Source: Promethearchaeota archaeon
Lineage (GTDB): Archaea > Asgardarchaeota > Lokiarchaeia > Sigyniarchaeales > SOKP01
DNA: 64,000 nt
NCBI GenBank assembly: GCA_030599585.1
Contig: JAUVNS010000004.1
Span: 160,001 to 224,000 of the forward strand
Reading direction: 5' to 3'
A program made the position numbers and the translations under genes. This document shows, piece after piece, positions 40,637 to 49,165 of this stretch (the first letter of the stretch is position 1; every line of letters begins with the position of its first letter). The notes under the pieces were generated by a model. That model had not been told where the DNA came from and searched no databases. It was given only the letters and a program-made list of their open reading frames with translations.

Positions 40637-40816
40637 GTATTATTTTAATAAAATAAGTTTAGAAGTGATATAATATCTTCTGTAAGGTTTAATGAGTTTA
40701 AAGAGTTATTGATTACTATTATTGACGCTATTGTCAAAGATTTTCCAAATAAGTAAACAAATGGGAAATAATACCCGCAAAATTTATTAGGGTACACTTA
40801 TTCTATTCTTATAATA

Positions 40817-40897
40817 ATGAATTTTTCGCGGCATAATACTGATTCATGGGTTGGCTGTAATAAGAAGGCCATTATTCCCTTAGTAACAGTATTATAA
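40817..40897 (+). CDS. Putative leader peptide, 26 aa (MNFSRHNTDSWVGCNKKAIIPLVTVL)
   Basis: Follows TTTATTA box at about 40783; stop abuts hairpin; same layout as 41448-41540. Confidence 0.45.
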   Translation: MNFSRHNTDSWVGCNKKAIIPLVTVL

Positions 40898-40952
40898 AGA
40901 GAATAAATCCTTTTTTCTCTCTTTTTCTTTTAATTCTTTGGATTTATTCTCT
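40898..40952 (+). promoter_or_regulatory. 13-bp perfect hairpin with 29-nt pyrimidine loop (attenuator/terminator-like)
   Basis: AGAGAATAAATCC / GGATTTATTCTCT. Confidence 0.65.
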
Positions 40953-41045
40953 GCGTATGAAGTCTATTAATTTTTAAGAAAAAGTGGGATAAGGGCTTAA
41001 TTCTTACCGTAAATTCTAAAAAAAAGAATGGAGGTGAAAAAAGAA

Positions 41046-41222
41046 TTGGCAGGCAAAATAGGTCCTGAATCAATATTGGAGTATTATCAAGATTGGAATT
41101 CAGATCTGGCCCCTATCATGATGTCATTTGATCTCTCAGATGCCTATCCGGGTCAAATTGAAAGCGAGGACCAAGAAAAAATGGCTTATCTGAGAAAAAA
41201 ATATCAAAAAATATCAAAATAA
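41046..41222 (+). CDS. Small protein, 58 aa (track ORF 41028 includes the SD)
   Basis: GGAGGTG at 41030-41036 then TTG; motif DLSDAYPGQIESE. Confidence 0.65.
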   Translation: MAGKIGPESILEYYQDWNSDLAPIMMSFDLSDAYPGQIESEDQEKMAYLRKKYQKISK

Positions 41223-41447
41223 GCTCTAATTTTTTTCTATTTCTTTTTAACTATTATATAACGGTTGTTAAGCTTGAAATTTCGAAGATCCTAGATTTCT
41301 ACAATTTTCAAGTTAATCAGTTTGATTTATACTCAGTTTTAAATAAGGCGAAAAACCATAGTATAAAATTCATTTATTTGTATGATTTATTTATAATTGG
41401 GATAAAAAGTGAAACATTTAAATAGCCTCATCTTTTTATTTATTCTT

Positions 41448-41540
41448 ATGATCTTAAATAATGCTACTAAATTTTCATTTGTAAAAGCTATAAGCCTTTT
41501 ATTAGGTGTGGCAGTAGTAGTATTATTATTATTATTATAA
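41448..41540 (+). CDS. Putative leader/hydrophobic peptide, 30 aa (MILNNATKFSFVKAISLLLGVAVVVLLLLL)
   Basis: TTTAAATA box about 25 nt upstream; ends (GTA)3(TTA)5TAA next to hairpin. Confidence 0.5.
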   Translation: MILNNATKFSFVKAISLLLGVAVVVLLLLL

Positions 41541-41542
41541 AT

Positions 41543-41593
41543 GAGAGCCGATCCCTTTCGATCTTCTTTTTAATTTTTCTTGGATTTGCTCTC
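41543..41593 (+). promoter_or_regulatory. Second copy of hairpin with pyrimidine loop
   Basis: GAGAGCCGATCC / GGATTTGCTCTC; compensatory changes relative to the first copy. Confidence 0.6.
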
Positions 41594-41680
41594 TCATCAA
41601 AGAATTTAAATATAATTAAATCGAGATCATAACGGATTCCGGCACCTCAGGAAAAGTAAATAAAAATTGGAGGTGAAAAA

Positions 41681-41860
41681 ATGGAAAAAGAAGTTCTTGA
41701 CGAAATTGAAAGTCAAATTGCCTTAGAAAACAGTATAATTCAAATAAAGGGAGAAAACAAACACGCAAATAAAAATATCTTTTGGAAATACCTAGATTAT
41801 TCAAACTGGGTTCCAGGAGAAATTGAAATTGAAGAAGAAATTAAGAAAGACTATATTTGA
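41681..41860 (+). CDS. Small protein, 59 aa (not in ORF track)
   Basis: GGAGGTG SD 5 nt before ATG; MEKEVLDEIE...YLDYSNWVPGEIEIEEEIKKDYI*. Confidence 0.7.
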   Translation: MEKEVLDEIESQIALENSIIQIKGENKHANKNIFWKYLDYSNWVPGEIEIEEEIKKDYI

Positions 41861-41904
41861 TAGAAAAGAAAATCTATTAAGAAATAGTTTAATATTTAAG
41901 TTTC

Positions 41905-43080
41905 CTAATTGAGAATCTTTTCTATTCTTTCTAAGGCTTCTTTTATTTTATCAATTGGTTGAGTTAAAGCAAATCTAACAAATCCCTCTCCATATGTGCC
42001 AAAACCCGTGCCAGGAGTCAGAACTACTCCTTCGTTAATTAATTTTTTAATGAATTCCATGCTATTTGTTTCTCCTTCCGGAATGTGGGTCCAGACATAT
42101 AAGGTCGCTTTAGGCTTGTCTGTGTTCCAACCGATATCATTAAGGCCCTTCACCAAAACATCACGCCTTTTTTCATATATTTTCATGTTATTTCTTACGA
42201 TATTAGGTTTTTCTCCTGATTTGTACTCATTTAAACCTTTTACTACGGCTTTTTGGATAAAAATTGGGCATCCTGAATCAGTATGAGACTTAACCTTCCT
42301 TAGTCCACTAATAATATCCTTATCTCCCACTGCCCAACCGCACCTAAATCCCGTCATACAGAACATCTTTGACGAGCTATTAATTTCTATGTGATTCTGA
42401 TCTATCTGTAAAAGCGATGGAGCTATATAATCCTCGTAAGTGAATTCTGAATACGGATTGTCATAGACGATGACGAAATTGTAATCTTCTGCGTTATCTG
42501 CGGCTTCTTTTAGAAATTTTTTCGATGCAATTGCCCCAGTTGGATTATTTGGGTAATTTAAATACATTAACTTGGCTTTTTTTAAAATTTCGCTCTCAAT
42601 AACTTCAAAATCGGGTAAAAAATCATTTTCTCTAAGCAAAGGAATCGTATGTATTTTTCCATCACATAATTTAGTGGCACCATTTTCATATACGGGATAA
42701 CCGGGGTTGGGACATAATACAATATCTCCGGGATTGACAAATACTCTCGCGATATTAGCTACCCCCTCTTTTCCTCCTATTAAATTGGTTACTTCATCGT
42801 TAGCATCAAGTTTTAAATTAAACCTGACATCATACCACTTTTGTACAGCTTCTCTGAAATCTTGTTCTCCTTTACTTGAGGGATAATTTTGGTTTTCGGA
42901 GATTTTTACTTGATTAATTAGTTCATTAATAATCAGATCTGGAGTCGTTAAATCCGGGTCACCAATCCCTAATGGGATGATGTTTATTCCTTCCTTTTTC
43001 TTATCGTTGACCAATTGCTCAATTTCTGCGAAAATATATCCTGGTAGCTTATTAATCCTATTTGCATATGTAATTTTAAT
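41905..43080 (-). CDS. dapL: LL-diaminopimelate aminotransferase-like class I/II aminotransferase (extended to ATT start)
   Basis: LGIGDPD, GGKEG, YLNYPNNPTG, DNPYSE, SSSKMFCMTGFRCG; conserved N-terminus ANRINKLPGYIFAEI lies upstream of the track start 43014. Confidence 0.75.
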   Translation of the reverse strand: MKITYANRINKLPGYIFAEIEQLVNDKKKEGINIIPLGIGDPDLTTPDLIINELINQVKISENQNYPSSKGEQDFREAVQKWYDVRFNLKLDANDEVTNLIGGKEGVANIARVFVNPGDIVLCPNPGYPVYENGATKLCDGKIHTIPLLRENDFLPDFEVIESEILKKAKLMYLNYPNNPTGAIASKKFLKEAADNAEDYNFVIVYDNPYSEFTYEDYIAPSLLQIDQNHIEINSSSKMFCMTGFRCGWAVGDKDIISGLRKVKSHTDSGCPIFIQKAVVKGLNEYKSGEKPNIVRNNMKIYEKRRDVLVKGLNDIGWNTDKPKATLYVWTHIPEGETNSMEFIKKLINEGVVLTPGTGFGTYGEGFVRFALTQPIDKIKEALERIEKILN

Positions 43081-43322
43081 TTAAAACACCACGTAAATTT
43101 CAGTAAATAAAAAATTGTACTAACTCATTCACAAATAGATAAAAATGTTATGAAATAGATTAAGCAATTAAGCAAGAACAAATCAACTATTATTCAAAAA
43201 AGTCAAAATTTTACCCCTAGAATTTAGCTTAGTTTATATTCTATAACCGATTATTTAAAATCTAATTTTATTTTTATATATATTTATTGAATGATTATTT
43301 GAAAAAAGGTGTAGTATATTAA

Positions 43323-43736
43323 ATGGGTCGTCATACAAGGTTAAGACAGGTAAAGGATCCTCCACATAATTTCTATTTTCAATCTGAGAATGACAATTCT
43401 TCAGTAGGATTAAATATCGCAGAATTTGAAGCCTTAAGGTTAAAACATTACATTTCCTTAACCCAAAAAAGTTCCGCTGATACCATGGGAGTGTCCCAAC
43501 CTACATTTTCGCGAATTTTGGAGAAAGCTCACGAAAAAATAACGCAAGCACTTATAGAAGGAAAAGATATCCGCGTTTATGGGGGGAAAATTAATTTTAA
43601 GCAAGCTTATAGAGGTTATGGATGTTTAGATTGCGACGAAGAGTGGAAAGATGAATTAGCTTCTAAAGATCGTGGTGTAAACTGCCCTAATTGTAAAAGT
43701 AAAAAAGTCTATTTTTTAGTACGAGAACCGCTCTAA
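43323..43736 (+). CDS. DUF134 HTH protein with C-terminal zinc ribbon
   Basis: EFEALRL, MGVSQPTFSRIL, ALIEGK; CLDC...CPNCKS. Confidence 0.88.
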   Translation: MGRHTRLRQVKDPPHNFYFQSENDNSSVGLNIAEFEALRLKHYISLTQKSSADTMGVSQPTFSRILEKAHEKITQALIEGKDIRVYGGKINFKQAYRGYGCLDCDEEWKDELASKDRGVNCPNCKSKKVYFLVREPL

Positions 43737-43865
43737 TAATAAATGATTAAGAAGCTGAAGCGTAAAAAAATCCTTACATCCCCTTAAACACAGAATTTTA
43801 ATTAAAATAAATACTTATCATTCTAATTATTTTTAAAAGACTTCATTTTAAGTAGATGATAATTT

Positions 43866-44975
43866 ATGGATAAAGAACAAAATAAAGTATGGTATAAAGC
43901 AGCAAGAACTATAGTCAAAGCAGGACAACTTCCTATGGTAGTTAACGATAATCTTATTGAGCTATTGAAATTGATTATGACTGATGAACAAGCTGAATTT
44001 ATAACAGTATTCAAAAAACCATCACTAAGTATTGATCAGTTAAAAGATAAGACTAATTTAGATGAGGAAGCTTTAACCCCGATATTAAACGATTTAATGA
44101 ACAAAGGAGTTATCGTTGGTGTTCCTAGTAGGAGGTCGGGTGTCATGGTGTACAGACTTCTCGGACCTTTTCCTGGTATTTTTGAGTTCCAGTTCATGAG
44201 AGGAGAAACGGGAGAAAAACAAAAGAAACTTGCCCAAATTTTCGACAATCTTTTTAAAGAATTAAGCAAAGGAGCTCAAAAAAATTACGATACCCTCGTA
44301 GAACAATATAAAAAGTTCCCTCCAATAACTAGAGTTGTCCCCGTTGAAGAGGAAATTGAAGATGTTCCCGTTGATAAGATATTACCACATGAAGAAGTTT
44401 CTAGAATAGTAGACAAGTATGATGATATCGCTTTGGTTCATTGTTACTGTAGACATGAAAAGGATTTGCTTGGACACTCATGTACCGTGACAGATGAGCG
44501 ATTAAATTGTTTTCTTTTAGGGAAGAGCGCTCAGTTTGCTATAGAACATAAATTCGGAAACAAAATCTCTAAAAATGATGCGAAAGCAATAATCAACAAA
44601 GCGTCTGATGAAGGTCTGGTTCATAAAGCATTTCATATTCACCTAAAACCAGAATTGGATGAAGAGGCTATCTGCAACTGCTGTAAATGTTGCTGTGGAA
44701 TTTTTTCGCTTTTTTGGAGGGGTATTTCGCCTTACCATTGCTATACTAGCTATTTAGCGGAAGTAGAAGAAGATTTATGCGTAGGATGTGGAACATGTGT
44801 AGAGAAGTGCCCAATGGAAGCAATTGATTTAGTTGAAGATATTGCCGTAATAGATAATAGTAGATGTATTGGTTGCGGTGTATGTGTTCATCATTGCCCT
44901 GAAGATGCAATGAAATTAGACCGAACAGGGAATAGGGAAGTTTTTGTTCCACCACCTAGGATAAAAACAACATAA
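43866..44975 (+). CDS. N-terminal wHTH plus 4Fe-4S dicluster protein
   Basis: CYCR, ICNCCKCCC, two CxxCxxCxxxCP motifs. Confidence 0.85.
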   Translation: MDKEQNKVWYKAARTIVKAGQLPMVVNDNLIELLKLIMTDEQAEFITVFKKPSLSIDQLKDKTNLDEEALTPILNDLMNKGVIVGVPSRRSGVMVYRLLGPFPGIFEFQFMRGETGEKQKKLAQIFDNLFKELSKGAQKNYDTLVEQYKKFPPITRVVPVEEEIEDVPVDKILPHEEVSRIVDKYDDIALVHCYCRHEKDLLGHSCTVTDERLNCFLLGKSAQFAIEHKFGNKISKNDAKAIINKASDEGLVHKAFHIHLKPELDEEAICNCCKCCCGIFSLFWRGISPYHCYTSYLAEVEEDLCVGCGTCVEKCPMEAIDLVEDIAVIDNSRCIGCGVCVHHCPEDAMKLDRTGNREVFVPPPRIKTT

Positions 44976-44992
44976 TCAAGGAGGAATCTGTT

Positions 44993-46087
44993 TTGTCTGA
45001 AAAATTATGGTATCAACTTGCTAGAAATATTTTAAAGGCAGGAGGTCCACCTGTACCCATTAATGAGTCCCTTATTGAATTGTTAAAGCTATTGATAAAC
45101 GATGAGCAATTAAGATTTCTTTTAAAGTTCAGAAAATCTCTTAATTGGGAACAAATTGAATCAAAATTTGATTTAGATGAAGCTTCATTAAATAAAATGT
45201 TAAATGAATTAATGCACATCGGAATGATAACGGCTATACCTAGTAGGACTACTGGTATAATGGTTTATCGCTTAGTAGCTTTTCTACCGGGATTATTGGA
45301 ATTTACTCTCATGCGAGGCCAAACAGGAGTAAAACAAAAGAAACTTGCGAAACTATGGGAACAGTTGTTTAAAGATGAAGCAGAAATAACTCGAAAAAAC
45401 CATGATATTGTAATGAACGCATTTAAAAACGCGCCACCTATCGATAGGGTGATCCCCATTGAACAACAAATCGAACCACATGAAGAATTAACTTTACCTG
45501 AAGAAGAAGTAAGAAAAATCATAGAAAAATACGATACTATTGGCGTTTCACATTGCTATTGCAGGCACTTTAAAGATTTACTAAACGATTCATGTAAAAT
45601 TAATGCACCACGGCAGAATTGTTTAAGTTTTGGCAGAACTGCTAAATTTGCAATCGATCAAAGTTTTGCTAAGAAAATCTCTAAAAAAGAGGCTTTGAAG
45701 ATATTAAAGGAAGCAGAAGATTTCGGGCTAATTCATAAAACCTTTCATGTAAAAGGAGATCCATATTTGGAAGAGCTAGCAATCTGCAACTGTTGTCGCT
45801 GCTGTTGTCAAAATCTTCAAGCCTTTTATAACGGCGCTTCTCCTACACATACTTATACTTCTTATATTGCACATGTTAGTGAAGTCGATTGCGTTGGATG
45901 CAGTACGTGTTTAGAATTATGTCCAATGGATGCAATTGATTTAGAAGATGCTTCCGCTATCGTAAACGAAGAAAGATGTATTGGTTGTGGAGTTTGCGCA
46001 AATAATTGTCCTGAAGATGCTATAGAACTGCAACGGACAGGGCTTAGGAAGGTTTTTATTCCCCCTCCCAAAGTTTCAACTGCTTAA
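44993..46087 (+). CDS. wHTH plus 4Fe-4S dicluster protein, tandem paralogue
   Basis: CYCR, ICNCCRCCC, two ferredoxin motifs; GGAGG SD. Confidence 0.85.
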   Translation: MSEKLWYQLARNILKAGGPPVPINESLIELLKLLINDEQLRFLLKFRKSLNWEQIESKFDLDEASLNKMLNELMHIGMITAIPSRTTGIMVYRLVAFLPGLLEFTLMRGQTGVKQKKLAKLWEQLFKDEAEITRKNHDIVMNAFKNAPPIDRVIPIEQQIEPHEELTLPEEEVRKIIEKYDTIGVSHCYCRHFKDLLNDSCKINAPRQNCLSFGRTAKFAIDQSFAKKISKKEALKILKEAEDFGLIHKTFHVKGDPYLEELAICNCCRCCCQNLQAFYNGASPTHTYTSYIAHVSEVDCVGCSTCLELCPMDAIDLEDASAIVNEERCIGCGVCANNCPEDAIELQRTGLRKVFIPPPKVSTA

Positions 46088-46130
46088 AATAGTTCCTTTC
46101 TGCATAAATTTACAACAAATTTAAGGTAAA

Positions 46131-46571
46131 TCATAAATAATTAGCAAAAAAATCAATCACATTAAGCAATTTATTCGTCTTAAGTTCCATCGCTAACCTA
46201 ACACATTCTACTTTAGCAAGCAAAACCATATCAAATTCTCTAAAAATCTCATGTTGAAAAGTAATCGAAGATGTACCAATTTTTTTTATCTGAGTTTCAA
46301 CTATAACATAATCACCAAATTTTGCTGAACCTTCATAAGTTATATCCACTTTCTTAACCCCAAAAACAGTCCCTTCATGGAGAGTATCCTCTATCCTTTT
46401 TGGAGATAAAATATTATTCATAAAACTAACAAATCCATCGTCAAAATAAACAACGTAATTTTTAAAATGAACTATACCCATCGCATCAGTATCATTAAAC
46501 CTTACTTTTACTCTTGTGCTATCCCTTACTTCAATAAGCTTTTCAATTAAATTGTTTTTCATTTTTAACAC
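46131..46571 (-). CDS. Acyl-CoA thioesterase (YbgC/4HBT hot-dog fold)
   Basis: VRFNDTDAMGIVHFKNY. Confidence 0.88.
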   Translation of the reverse strand: MLKMKNNLIEKLIEVRDSTRVKVRFNDTDAMGIVHFKNYVVYFDDGFVSFMNNILSPKRIEDTLHEGTVFGVKKVDITYEGSAKFGDYVIVETQIKKIGTSSITFQHEIFREFDMVLLAKVECVRLAMELKTNKLLNVIDFFANYL

Positions 46572-46601
46572 ACGTTATAATTATTAATTTTTAATATTTT
46601 A

Positions 46602-48188
46602 TCAAATTAAACTTTCCCCAACAACGCTTGGATGCGGTTTCTTTCCTAATAACTTTAGTAAAGAAGGAACGATATCAGTTATTTTACAATGTGAAACTTC
46701 CTTTCTTGTTATATCTTTTGAACCTCCAATAATTAGTGGAACAACCGCAGATTTTTTAAGACCTATATCGTGCAAATACAAATTTTTATTTTCTTTTTTA
46801 CCGTGTTTCATATTATACGCAACATCACCGCAGGTACTAACTATTATGTCTGCCCTCCTCGGATTTTTAAAGTTTCGCGAAAGTAAATCTGGGTATAATG
46901 GATAGTCAATGTGAAAAGTAGCATCTAACCATTCATTTAACGTGTGAAATTTATTGTCTAATAGCTTACTTGCAATATCGTCGTTGATATAATTAAACAC
47001 GTCCTTATCACCAGTTTCTGTGGAGTACTTAGTTTTAAATTCCTTGCCACTTCCTGTATATTCTATAGAACCTTTTACAATTTTTCCCGTGGTTTGATCC
47101 CTTCTTTTTAAATAGATTTTTCCTTTTTTAGAAGTGTTCTCATCTTCACAGTAATACATTAGACGGGCGCCTTTAATAGTAAACAGCTTTTCTAATAGGT
47201 TAATTTGTTTTGGACCATAGTTCTCCATCTCTGAAATGGAAGGATGATTCCAATTTTGTCCATTACCATTGCTGTTTGATTTAAAATTGAAAAACCCTAC
47301 GCTATTAAATCCACCCAAATTCATATTTCCTTTATTATTCTTTCGTGGGTGGTAATTGTTTAGGCCATTTTCGCTAAAGAAATTTCCAAAATCCCCTAGA
47401 GTTTTTGCTTTATAGTTTCCATGATCAGAGGAGATAGCAATAGCAGTTTCTTCTAAATATCCTAGTTTATCCAATCCTTCGAGTAGTACTCCAAGTACTT
47501 TATCAATGTGAAATAAATTGAGTTTATACAGATTTGAATCAAATCCATAAAGGTGCATTATTATATCTGAAGATAAGAATAAAAGGTTAGAGGCTATTGG
47601 AGCTTCTTTAGTCTCGAAATATTTCTTCGGGTTTTCAAAAGTTTTTAGTAACTTATTTACGGCAACTAAGTTAGCTTTCCTAATGTACCTGTTAACATTA
47701 TAAGAATGTTTTATTAAAAGGTAATACAAAATTAATTTAGTTTTTCTCTCGGGGAAAAGATAACTAACACCCCTACTAATAAATTGACTTATACTTACTG
47801 TGTTTCCTTCTCCGACCATCTCAAATAAAGTTTTACAGTTATTGCCCAAGTCATCGTTTAATTTATAAATCTGAATTCTTTCGTCCGATCCTATAGAATT
47901 ATATGATCTTAAAAAAGGGGGAACCTCGTTTCGTCCCATCCAATGAAAAGAGGGAATTCCATGGCATAATTCTTCCAAGTAATTTCCAGTGTAAGTACCA
48001 GTCATCATTGATACTTGAGTCGGATAGGTCAATGAAGGGAAATCCGTTATACAATTTTTTGAATAAATTCCTTCCTTCATTAACAGTTTAAGATTAGGAA
48101 GTGACCCCTCGTTGATGAGTTTGAAAAATTGATCAGATCGTACATCATCTATGATACAAAAAATGACATGTTTTATCTGATTCATCAA
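46602..48188 (-). CDS. Alkaline phosphatase superfamily / nucleotide pyrophosphatase-phosphodiesterase
   Basis: IIDDVR, FPSLTYP (Thr nucleophile), DIIMH, SSDHG. Confidence 0.82.
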   Translation of the reverse strand: MMNQIKHVIFCIIDDVRSDQFFKLINEGSLPNLKLLMKEGIYSKNCITDFPSLTYPTQVSMMTGTYTGNYLEELCHGIPSFHWMGRNEVPPFLRSYNSIGSDERIQIYKLNDDLGNNCKTLFEMVGEGNTVSISQFISRGVSYLFPERKTKLILYYLLIKHSYNVNRYIRKANLVAVNKLLKTFENPKKYFETKEAPIASNLLFLSSDIIMHLYGFDSNLYKLNLFHIDKVLGVLLEGLDKLGYLEETAIAISSDHGNYKAKTLGDFGNFFSENGLNNYHPRKNNKGNMNLGGFNSVGFFNFKSNSNGNGQNWNHPSISEMENYGPKQINLLEKLFTIKGARLMYYCEDENTSKKGKIYLKRRDQTTGKIVKGSIEYTGSGKEFKTKYSTETGDKDVFNYINDDIASKLLDNKFHTLNEWLDATFHIDYPLYPDLLSRNFKNPRRADIIVSTCGDVAYNMKHGKKENKNLYLHDIGLKKSAVVPLIIGGSKDITRKEVSHCKITDIVPSLLKLLGKKPHPSVVGESLI

Positions 48189-48327
48189 ATTCTAAAATAC
48201 GGTGCTTTCTTAAAAGTTTTAATATTCACTACCGAATTTTATTTAATATCATTGATATTCATGAGTAATAACTAAAATACAATATTTTTTTTTAATAGTA
48301 ATATAAGAGAAAAAAAAGAGAAGAAAA

Positions 48328-48426
48328 AGCCTCCGGTGGGACTTGAACCCACGACCGGCTGATTACAAATGCAGCAGATTAAAATATTAATCTGTGTCAG
48401 CTGCTCTACCGCTGAGCCACGGAGGC
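48328..48426 (-). tRNA. tRNA-Thr(UGU) with 27-nt intron at position 32/33 (48369-48395)
   Basis: Acceptor GCCTCCG/CGGAGGC, D arm GCTCAGCGGTAGAGC, T arm GGTTCAAGTCCC; splicing yields GCTGA-CT-TGT-AA-TCAGC. Confidence 0.92.
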
Positions 48427-48578
48427 TTAAATGTTTTATTTAAAAATAATATTACTAGAATTTTTAATTTTGTGGTTTTAGACGCATAAAAAATTCAACA
48501 CAAATAATTAAATGTTAACTTTACTTTTTCTTTAATTAAATACTTAATATTCTGTAGTATCGAAAAGGAGTTTTAATT

Positions 48579-48926
48579 TTGTTTACAAAGGAAGAAGTGG
48601 AAGTTCTGGCTTATCAGCGCTATACCTCGGGAGAAGGTTACGATAAATCCGTTTGGTACTTAGCTGAGCTTGTAGTTAAGATTTTAAAAAATGTAAAAAA
48701 CGGCGGCGACATAAAGCCCCTTGAAACAGACAATCTAGTCTTGTTAATAAACGATGGTGTTAACGGAGAACTTATAGAACCTACTAATGAAGAAATTAAA
48801 GAATTATCTCAAGTTATTTACCACGAACATCCTGAAAAGAGCAAGCTTCACTTTTTTATTGCAGAAAAACAGTTACTTCTTCGTGAAATACAAAAAGTTA
48901 TTGAAGAACATAGTAAAACCCAGTAA
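48579..48926 (+). CDS. Hypothetical protein
   Basis: AAGGAG SD; 115 aa; internal repeat-like pattern EE(V/I)xxL...W/FxxAE. Confidence 0.65.
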   Translation: MFTKEEVEVLAYQRYTSGEGYDKSVWYLAELVVKILKNVKNGGDIKPLETDNLVLLINDGVNGELIEPTNEEIKELSQVIYHEHPEKSKLHFFIAEKQLLLREIQKVIEEHSKTQ

Positions 48927-49165
48927 TTTTTATTTATTGAGTTGCAGCTGTTAATGTGCAATCCTTTACCTTTATTGTTGGTATAAATGTAGGCGTTATC
49001 GCTTAACAAATTAAGAGAATTTTAGAGTTTCTTAAAAAACAAACAAACCTAATCTGTCTCCTTTTTTAAATTATCTTAATCACTTAACATATTAAACTCA
49101 GAATAGTTCAGATTAAAACCTTAAAAATAATAATTATAAATAGTAAATTAATTGCATTAGTAAAA

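Noticed and set aside
40898-41593. Hairpins as SECIS elements or selenoprotein readthrough
   Set aside because: No SECIS-type GA quartet with A-rich apical loop; adjacent ORFs end in TAA or TGA-TAG with no plausible Sec context.
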